64,000 nucleotides of DNA from Candidatus Magasanikiibacteriota bacterium (GTDB lineage: Bacteria; Patescibacteriota; Patescibacteriia; Magasanikbacterales; UBA922), in assembly GCA_903837125.1 (NCBI GenBank), contig CAILTG010000055.1:2199-66198 (forward strand), in the 5' to 3' direction. The first letter of the stretch is position 1, and the number at the start of each line of letters is the position of its first letter. Position numbers and translations under genes: made by a program. Below, piece by piece: positions 58,501-64,000 of the stretch. The notes below the pieces were generated by a model. The model saw only the letters and a program-made list of their open reading frames with translations, had not been told where the DNA came from and did no database searches.

Positions 58501-61500
58501 GCATCAGCCCAAAATGTTTCCCCAGTAGATAATTGAATTAATGATTTCCAGCTATCTTTAATTAAATAAATATTGCCTGGAACTTCGGTCAGCCGTACAT
58601 TATCAATATAATATGAGCCGCCTACTCCTGGAGAACTAACTAGACCAAAATATAACTGAGCAGGAGTGGTGCTGGCACCGGTAAACTCCACTGGCCCAAA
58701 ATGATAATTTTGCCATTCACTGCCAATGGTGACTGAAAGCGGTGTTTGTGCTTCTTGATTGTAAGTAAATGCTCCTACTTTATCAGTAGCTTGTTTAAAA
58801 TAAATCTCAATATTTTGTGAAGTGCCGCGCGCCCAAAAAGACAATTCATACCAGCCCTGATTATTTAAACTCCCGGCCGGCAATTGCCGATTTACATCAT
58901 CTTTTATTTCCAAAGAATGTCCACCCGCGTAAATTGATTCTGGAGATAGAGTTACTCCTGACCACAGACTTAAAGAACTAGTGGTTTCAAAATCGTCAAT
59001 CTCAAAAACATTTCTAGGACTGTTACCATTATTACCTTTATAAGCACGACAACCATTAAACTCTGCTAAATTATCAGCTGGACCATTACAGGACAATGAC
59101 TCACCAGGCCGAGAAATTGTCCAATAAATACAAGTACTGCTGGCATATTGTCCACCATTATAGCAACGCTGACAAGTATTATTGGCACGATCCCAATAGC
59201 CTTGTTCATCCGCGCAAGAGGGAGAAACAAAATCAATTCTACTTTCCTTTAAAAGAGAATCCGAATATAAATGAGCAGCTGTTTTGCGCAAAGGATGGCA
59301 AGCTGGGTCAACGGTTACTGTTTCACTTAATAAGCGATAAAAAACTTCGCCATTACTATTATAAAGTGCCCGACAATTTGGGGCATCATCAGATAAACTA
59401 GAATAAAGCTGATTATTATAAGCAAGAGCATTGCAAATATAATTATTATTAATCATTTTTTCCGGACTATAATCCACATAAGCTGGTGAACCTAAAGGAA
59501 ATCCTGACCAGATAGTGCTGTTAACTTCGGCTTTAATTAATAATAATTTGTCTGCGTTTATTTTAAGCATTTTGTGAGTGCGCAACACATAGCCTTCTTG
59601 TTTGGAACCTTCCCAAGAATAAAAAGTTCCTTCATTACTGCCAGTTGGCCTTTCACAATAACGCAATTGACTATAATATTCCAAACCTTCACCACCAGCC
59701 GCGGCAGCATCAATATTTGTGAACTCATCACAACCAACAAACTCTTTACTGCAAATCTGTTTACCCTGTACCATATTGGTTTGCGCAACAATAGGCACAA
59801 AATAAAGCGGAAATTTTTGTGGTTCAAAATCAGTGCTTTCTTGTTTAAAAGTATTATAACCAACGCAATTGGCAGCACACTTATTAATATCTTCAGCTAC
59901 TCCAGGAATCATTTGTCCACCATCTTTTGGCTGATAGGCCAGACAACCAACTTCTTCTGGTAAACAGGCGCGAGAAAAATTATCACAACGAGGTTCAGTC
60001 GGAAGTAAAGCTAATTCAGGTTTGGTTTGCGGCCAAACAATTTCTTTATTCGCAGAACGAGGATCAATATTATAACACCCCAAATAATCCGGAGCTTTTT
60101 TAATATAAACCAAAGCGCCAGTATCATAATTATTTACATAAGCACCATCACCATCTAAAATCGCCGGATAAAAAGAACTACAGCCATCATTGGCAGCATC
60201 ACATATATTATTATCTGCTATAAAATTTTTATTAAAATATGATACTTGATTCCGACCAGCAAGCTGGTAATTCAAACCTTGCACTTTTGAACTGGGCAGC
60301 CAACTATCACCCACTTGCTCTTGGCTGTAAGCAGTACAACCAACATCATTGGCTGTGCACTGGCCATAATCTACAGTACGTGATAAATAACTGGGAGTAG
60401 TTCCATCAATAGCAGTATAAGTTTTACAAGTATTATAATAACTTGGACAAGTAGGAGCGTCTAAACGCCAAATATTACCTTCTTTTAAGCAATAACTATG
60501 ATAACCACCCAGACAACCGCCTTTATTATCCTCTTTTATACAAGTAGACAAATCCGCGCATTCGGTTTGTCTAGTACCCAAACCAGAACTTTGTGTCCTT
60601 TCGCCAATCACCGCTGATTCGCAAACAGCCTCAGGCGATTTTAACAGCCAATTAGGATCAATTAAATGACAATACTGATATACCGGGTCGCTACTTATTT
60701 CTACTTTACCATTAACATAATAACAATTATCATAATTATCAACCACTGTTTTCAAAGTCCAAGCCGCCAAATTATGGGGGTCAGCTTTGAAAGCTGCCAA
60801 CTCAAAACCTAAAGGAATAATTCTAGCTTTTCTTAATTTTTGTAAATTAGAATAACAATAGCCGCGACTATAACAATTTTTGTCAGTATTATCCGACACT
60901 CTACTGGGAGAAATTAAAGGCCAATCAGCATGCAATAAATCCTCTTTTTTATCCATGGCTTGTCTAATAGTCATTGCCGCCGCCCCATTGCTGCCACGGT
61001 TTACTGCTGTAGCAAAAGGCAAATCCATTACACAATTATCAGGATCATTTGAGCTGAGGTCACAGCTAGAAAACTTGGTAACAATTCCATAATCAATAAA
61101 ACTTTTATTAGGCACGGCCGTATAAAAGAAACTAAAAGCATTAGCCACTGCTTGCTGTGTTTGCGCCACATACTCACTGGTGTAAGAATTGAGCACTGGG
61201 GCTTGTTCGCCTGCTCCACTGCCACTACTATCAAACAACCCTTTGCTTAAAAGTTTATTTAACAATTGGCTTACCAAAGTGTTAAGAAAAACCGAACCGG
61301 CCATAGGCAATATCTGAGCTGACGCAGCCCCATAAATTCCGGCTATTTGTTGATTGCTTTCTTTGCCCTTTTCTTTGGCAGTCAAAGCTGTAGATTCTGT
61401 TTTAATTATATCGCCAGGGGTTTTTATATTACCGGAAATAAGATCAGTTAACGGCTTAAAACCCGCAGCTTCTAAACGTTGGCTAGTGGCGCCAGCTACT

Positions 61501-62243
61501 TCAGTGGCTTGCAAACGATCTATCTGAGCCTGAGCACCTAAAGCCAAACTAAAATCATCATTAGAAGTTTTTATGGAATTAGCCAACAATTGATCAGCAA
61601 ACTTTGAACCATCAGCCCCATATTTTTGTTGCATGCCAGTAGTCCAAGCACCCTGCATTTGCTGAAAAGTACAATCTGGTTGCGGACCGTTTTCATTATT
61701 TGTACCATTTCCACTGCCATTTTTAGAAGGTTGTTTATACTTCTGCCTTAAACCAACCTGTAAAAAAGCTTGCAATTTTAAATCCGGAGTTTGACACATG
61801 TCTAAGCCAAATGGCTTGCCTAACTGGTTAATTAGGGAAGCCGCGCTATTTTCCGCAATACCCACAATATAACTGGAAAAATTTTGCTTAAAAGCCAAAG
61901 CACCCTGGCCGTGACCACCGGTAGAGATAAACATGGCTAAATCATAAGATACTTTACGAGCCACATAAGAAGCCATATTTACTAAACCACCCAAAGCTGC
62001 GGTTAACAAAGTACTTTTTACAGTATCAGCGGTAGATTTGGCAGCGATTAATGTTTGTGTTCCTGTGTCCTTCGTCGGCATTCCCGGTGTTGCTGCCGCA
62101 GTTGCTGCCGCAGCCGCCATAGCCGCTGCCTCCTCCTGTGCTTGAACCGTTTGAGTATTAAAAATAAAACCAAAAAGTTCTACAAATACAAAAAACATTA
62201 TGAAAATTTTCAAAAATACTTTTTGGCCTTTAAGGTTGTACAT
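52581..62243 (-). CDS. Giant (3220 aa) secreted cysteine-rich surface protein, a putative adhesin or apparatus-associated protein
   Basis: It has an N-terminal signal peptide (IFIMFFVFVELFGFIFNTQTVQAQ) followed by Ala-rich and Gly/Asn/Ser/Thr/Cys-rich sequence throughout, with very many Cys residues and no TM beyond the signal. It is a single ORF of 9.66 kb. Confidence 0.55.
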   Translation of the reverse strand: MYNLKGQKVFLKIFIMFFVFVELFGFIFNTQTVQAQEEAAAMAAAAATAAATPGMPTKDTGTQTLIAAKSTADTVKSTLLTAALGGLVNMASYVARKVSYDLAMFISTGGHGQGALAFKQNFSSYIVGIAENSAASLINQLGKPFGLDMCQTPDLKLQAFLQVGLRQKYKQPSKNGSGNGTNNENGPQPDCTFQQMQGAWTTGMQQKYGADGSKFADQLLANSIKTSNDDFSLALGAQAQIDRLQATEVAGATSQRLEAAGFKPLTDLISGNIKTPGDIIKTESTALTAKEKGKESNQQIAGIYGAASAQILPMAGSVFLNTLVSQLLNKLLSKGLFDSSGSGAGEQAPVLNSYTSEYVAQTQQAVANAFSFFYTAVPNKSFIDYGIVTKFSSCDLSSNDPDNCVMDLPFATAVNRGSNGAAAMTIRQAMDKKEDLLHADWPLISPSRVSDNTDKNCYSRGYCYSNLQKLRKARIIPLGFELAAFKADPHNLAAWTLKTVVDNYDNCYYVNGKVEISSDPVYQYCHLIDPNWLLKSPEAVCESAVIGERTQSSGLGTRQTECADLSTCIKEDNKGGCLGGYHSYCLKEGNIWRLDAPTCPSYYNTCKTYTAIDGTTPSYLSRTVDYGQCTANDVGCTAYSQEQVGDSWLPSSKVQGLNYQLAGRNQVSYFNKNFIADNNICDAANDGCSSFYPAILDGDGAYVNNYDTGALVYIKKAPDYLGCYNIDPRSANKEIVWPQTKPELALLPTEPRCDNFSRACLPEEVGCLAYQPKDGGQMIPGVAEDINKCAANCVGYNTFKQESTDFEPQKFPLYFVPIVAQTNMVQGKQICSKEFVGCDEFTNIDAAAAGGEGLEYYSQLRYCERPTGSNEGTFYSWEGSKQEGYVLRTHKMLKINADKLLLIKAEVNSTIWSGFPLGSPAYVDYSPEKMINNNYICNALAYNNQLYSSLSDDAPNCRALYNSNGEVFYRLLSETVTVDPACHPLRKTAAHLYSDSLLKESRIDFVSPSCADEQGYWDRANNTCQRCYNGGQYASSTCIYWTISRPGESLSCNGPADNLAEFNGCRAYKGNNGNSPRNVFEIDDFETTSSLSLWSGVTLSPESIYAGGHSLEIKDDVNRQLPAGSLNNQGWYELSFWARGTSQNIEIYFKQATDKVGAFTYNQEAQTPLSVTIGSEWQNYHFGPVEFTGASTTPAQLYFGLVSSPGVGGSYYIDNVRLTEVPGNIYLIKDSWKSLIQLSTGETFWADAPGACFGTTDEDLGNAKTPYPGKALGCKAYIDVVNSAINKQNVEANLTGFAKMCRPEAVGCTAVYDSHNRISGNPLDQQIQLYNAECRLTSTTPKCSFTVGDNGTYGCTVLPGEDRCFVQGLVSPTGYTQAPVSVPDYYTINPAFDHTKGIIHFNSFHSGGHTEPTTSTDTGELYVVTSTIVIPADTSDHTPIFLTTYNLASSTPLTCTQAELGCQKFGQENHILPNSDTTSYQFSDVYYKNNPANYLTNDTTGIKGTLCRSGLLGCSGYTYGANTFYFKDPLQTGNSLCYYKQHDPINPTQAYGWFKKDIGYCSSGSAQLCRVDDDCGQGNSCQKTNPVPCYDNYLQNNIENGIWSNGNTSSYKGNVGECDEANNACTELLDTVATSAQDPTGKPYYVIYSQDLVDQASDQINGCNNKVGETRGCVLFNRTEDPNKIYNSGATYANSAATKPERFLPVPPVTTGQLDTNLLLKVRRDRECSEWLSCRTSFDLQTETGKTIKYCSDFGLCNQTTPDGYCNNFLPTTNNNLLDEAFYVGRAVGWAEPDYSGYSLLNRYNLATDRAVSFPSSNKLYLVHSDSNNANCIDSSGNSIKGICGIDNGGRCYNGSCIYPLDGPFADVGIVDINTGVEKAVVSSAWSKSICKSHPEATSPFPESLVVDSKVNDAKNGVENGKKWFKNTPDKGGWRAEFTNIKNDYKGVNVCQANVDCSCQYEKINYKGVLPDYWPDNSTLKNPFDVRPQGICTGGNKDGFACLVDTDCNSGDNTNGVCAQESSIDKYKGTTGYCLENDLSHPLGTDSTGKIIFPCLTWLPLDLAGGTADNINGNPNLGYTTGIDANPSIGEVYCTNSTAPLSYEKSYWKNFGMVNLYGLLTPIYENFSDINQKMEKDGKGNGLIESYFPPRENPSKYDNNSSVAGRFEWCKVEPIPVRQQYITCLAYTGTPGVCYEWVENIKTECFGQPNHFFEPADNAFVQYLAFRTQRSLRAFDPSKYDPNKEWSEEFSKKNSFDPKANFLNDPSPEVEAYANLAYDYLNKCFVPSIFQDSNVNSALDCTDKNTKGHFISMFDKDNFFWMINPFTEQICNDTSTFQYGDPQEDYTKSVLGWCNNNLSADSFSKKVNSSDKSNTFYTYLQTYSWLKISPTAQVLLAHDPVKWSEKETVTCSSSGSCAPTNLMGFGDSYFNDFTGVASKPYVATKKVNEKDLKALYLAPYSYKGTRFTGSDRSFALIDNVKIDVDRLRSLYLNPPEPNSIDRRSPNWSYVTYTFLLDFSSAHLNIHTTPETPRNVTAVAFYAKNKNDNHLVIGVVVDDNDQYEGNPSSINSDRFGSIISNELECPNIESTDSGLAVDTANKYNNLPSGLDPGKDCGVQTASAYEGSLNGFYRATLFKFDSDNNLDLSTFESGYKDQVYDNIAFNCYAGFGCSNPSYFNSGWSAKLNNNFIALAKMNRGKALFSRSEGGTFSNPVNSLTNNNLHALNHVLYPYLGVIADLYPRCTEYVQVYNENQPISYSGIPVSNKAWTNRVWKNAADVLTLKLAGAATTTLLNNTSVSRPFGNLSLKGSDLVHNQDSIIDYNFMDPAAAGYPFVCSQILWATDSLINVAASYYLGCSGLMVPILDANGQTVTSAADNTASPYYNVITGLGTLNGVNGREILHQLFAKEYYVVKRNDNTLKLVSGGDVDVAASNSGVFAKLLPPQIYSLNLVNCLPSSNTSGVAVKCTPWMPNTFTVNKNNGLPGAHYAGDTNVFEEDLNKNGLTDADNLVGIGTYNAMVEFYGFADENRMPLRRLMIDWGDDLPIYGQGISGYYFNNKPICESNDDGGNFTVKHCLVGNKDKQITCNDNSDCLGIDAAATCGRLPNDTLQSFGDIMRTCRANYFKIEHGYACDNQTATTPVNSLDEDQKKIIREKSPSAIMVCVFQPKVQLMDNWGWCNCNDPKGCYGDDSSKNCDPTKINAWTYFQSKIIVIPNEKKK

Positions 62244-62272
62244 AAATAAAACCTGATTTTATTTTGGCAAAA

Positions 62273-63025
62273 TTATTTTTTGGTGGTGGAAACTATTCCC
62301 AACACTTTGGCCGCACCTTCATCACTTAAATCTAAATTATTATTTGAACCAGCAGTTGTACTAGTACTGGATTCTTGCAATAACTGAGTAATCATTTGCA
62401 TTAAAGACTGATCGTCAATTTTAGAAAGTGTGTCAGTGGCAATTTTACCGGTGGCCAAGAGCATTTCCCGCACAGTTTTAGGATCTTGTAAATCTTGTTT
62501 AAATCCAGAAAAAGCTCCATTATCATTTGTGGCCACAGTTTGATTAATAATATCCTGTGCTGTGGCTACGTTGGCCAAAGGACTACCCATATCAATAATA
62601 GTGGAAGAAGGAGAAGCAGTGGAAGAAAGTACGCCTTCTGAACCTGGATACTGCGCTCCAGCTGTACAATTTTGATTATTTGCCGCACATAAGGGATTTA
62701 AATTTTTAGCAATTTTTTCTTTATCAGACATATTATCTGAAGCAGTGGACCATAAATAAGGGCTGGTATGATAAACATAAATTTCATCATAATCGGTCAA
62801 GCCATCATGATCAGTGTCAATATATTTTAACCGTAAAACAGGATCAGTAACTGAAGGAGATAATTGGCTGTCTAAAAGTGGTTTATAAGCAAAAGGACCA
62901 TAAACACGATTACGTATTTGAAGTAATCCCAAACCCACGGCTAAAATACCAAAAATCAGCAACAAAACAAAGCCTGTTTTCTGCTGTCCAGTTAAAGCCT
63001 TTCGCCTTAGATCGTTTTGATCCAT
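62273..63025 (-). CDS. Membrane-anchored protein (250 aa) with a thrombospondin-type-3-like Ca-binding motif; first gene of the operon
   Basis: TM helix GFVLLLIFGILAVGLGLLQI. The motif DTDHDGLTDYDE matches DxDxDGxxDxxE. Confidence 0.45.
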   Translation of the reverse strand: MDQNDLRRKALTGQQKTGFVLLLIFGILAVGLGLLQIRNRVYGPFAYKPLLDSQLSPSVTDPVLRLKYIDTDHDGLTDYDEIYVYHTSPYLWSTASDNMSDKEKIAKNLNPLCAANNQNCTAGAQYPGSEGVLSSTASPSSTIIDMGSPLANVATAQDIINQTVATNDNGAFSGFKQDLQDPKTVREMLLATGKIATDTLSKIDDQSLMQMITQLLQESSTSTTAGSNNNLDLSDEGAAKVLGIVSTTKK

Positions 63026-63048
63026 AAGCTATATTTGCTAATGCGCAT

Positions 63049-63057
63049 ATTATAGCA
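63049..63057 (-). promoter_or_regulatory. Extended -10 promoter (TGcTATAAT) for the nine-gene operon
   Basis: Minus-strand TGCTATAAT (plus coordinates 63049-63057) lies 24 nt upstream of the ATG at 63025. It is embedded in the inverted repeat ATTTGCTA...TAGCAAAT. Confidence 0.35.
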
Positions 63058-63121
63058 AATTTTTAACAACTTAACAACAAAGAGTGGATAAGTCCACCAC
63101 AGCTGAGGCTGTGGTTAATTT

Positions 63122-63160
63122 TCAATTTACAATTTACAATTTTCAATCAATTTTCAATGA
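63122..63160. repeat. Second copy of the TTACAATTTTCAAT-type repeat (26 bp identical to 40506-40531)
   Basis: tcaatttacaatttacaattttcaat-caattttcaatgacc, immediately after a hairpin CCACAGC-tgag-GCTGTGG (63097-63116) that likely terminates ksgA. Confidence 0.7.
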
Positions 63161-63172
63161 CCAAACTACCAA

Positions 63173-64000
63173 TTATATTCCCAGTTTCTCTATTATTTTC
63201 TTCCACTGTTCCACATTCAACTCTTCGGCCCTAATTTTTTCATTTCCAGTCACTTCTAATAACACTTTTTTAACACTTTCTCCATTTATTTTTAATCCTT
63301 TGGACAAATTACCCCATAATTGTTTACGTTTTTGCGCAAATCCCAACTTTACCACCCGAAAAAAATCCCCGCCCCTGCCAAGGGGAGGATTAAAGAGGGA
63401 TTTCGTCAAATCAATATGTAAAATCGCCGAATCAACCTTCGGTTCTGGCCAAAAATTTCCTTTGGTTACAATATCCACAATTTTCGGCTCTCCATAATAT
63501 TGAACTGAAACTGCCAAAAGAGACATGTCACCGGGCTTAGCGCAAATTCTCTCCGCGACTTCTTTCTGCACCATAATAGTGATTGATTCGGGTTTGTTTT
63601 CTAATTCTAATAAAGTTCTTAAAATTTGAGAAGTAATTTGATAGGGAATATTGGCCACGACTTTAAAATTGGAAATTGGAAATTGGAAATTGGAAATTTG
63701 GGCAAGTGCATTGCCCCAGACTATTTCTATATTATCATTTATCATTTTATCATTTATTTTTTTGGTTTTTAAAATATCATTCCAATAATCTTCTAATTTT
63801 CTTTCTATCTCCAATCCAATCACTCTCCCCGCCCGCTCCGCCAAAGCAAAGGTTAAAATCCCAAACCCAGAGCCAATTTCTATTACCGTGTCATTTTTAT
63901 TTATATTTGCTACCTCAATAATTTTTTTTATTGGATACTCTTGAATTAAAAAATTCTGACCGTACTTTTTTGATGGTGTTAAATTATATTGCTGACAAAG
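63173..64000 (-). CDS. rsmA: 16S rRNA (adenine1518/1519-N6)-dimethyltransferase RsmA/KsgA; the N-terminus runs off the window end
   Basis: The reverse translation continues past the ORF-track Met: ...KKYGQNFLIQEY...VIEIGSGFGILTFALAERAGRVIGLEIE...VVANIPYQITSQILRTLLE, which gives the KsgA SAM-binding and NIPY motifs. Confidence 0.85.
   Translation of the reverse strand, partial: LCQQYNLTPSKKYGQNFLIQEYPIKKIIEVANINKNDTVIEIGSGFGILTFALAERAGRVIGLEIERKLEDYWNDILKTKKINDKMINDNIEIVWGNALAQISNFQFPISNFKVVANIPYQITSQILRTLLELENKPESITIMVQKEVAERICAKPGDMSLLAVSVQYYGEPKIVDIVTKGNFWPEPKVDSAILHIDLTKSLFNPPLGRGGDFFRVVKLGFAQKRKQLWGNLSKGLKINGESVKKVLLEVTGNEKIRAEELNVEQWKKIIEKLGI

Noticed and set aside
1-64000. CRISPR arrays, integrases/transposases, rRNA genes, toxin-antitoxin pairs
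   Set aside because: I looked for regularly spaced direct repeats with unique spacers and for recombinase, transposase or rRNA-like sequence and found none. The tandem repeats present are coding repeats (30640-31700, 4441-4790) or short simple repeats.

Overview
This is an AT-rich bacterial window with almost all genes on the minus strand and little or no Shine-Dalgarno signal. The content fits a small-genome, Patescibacteria/CPR-like or similar organism; that assignment is inference only.

The left third carries translation and housekeeping genes. These are fusA (partial), rpsG, rpsL, an M50 site-2-protease-like gene, rpmB (L28, missed by the ORF track), an ECF sigma/anti-sigma pair, tRNA-Pro, a KH-domain protein, rpsP, a lipoprotein, smc and a DHH/NrnA phosphoesterase.

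The middle has clpP flanked by two giant ORFs. The 1830-aa protein carries a GlnD/GlnE-type nucleotidyltransferase motif and is preceded by a coupled 59-aa ORF. The 2466-aa protein has an N-terminal M48-type HExxH peptidase module and a C-terminal UbiB/ABC1-like kinase module. Next come a roughly 280-nt, GC-richer candidate sRNA bracketed by a perfect consensus promoter and intrinsic terminators, a VanW-family protein, Hsp20, a Cys-rich secreted protein built from four near-identical tandem repeats of about 247 bp, an ABC exporter pair, three tRNA-Ser genes (one with an unusual ACT anticodon loop), recQ and comF.

The right third (40.6-63.0 kb) is a tightly packed nine-gene minus-strand operon. 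It encodes a type-IV-secretion-like apparatus (VirB4-like ATPase, PrgI/VirB3-like protein, a 1873-aa VirB6/TrbL-like protein with a huge C-terminal extension, a putative VirB8-like bitopic protein) plus a 3220-aa Cys-rich secreted giant protein and several unknowns. The block is bounded at both ends by the same 26-bp direct repeat. The window ends in rsmA/ksgA (partial).

There is no CRISPR array, integrase or transposase. I also report several perfect TTGACA-17-TATAAT promoters, intrinsic terminators and small repeat families.
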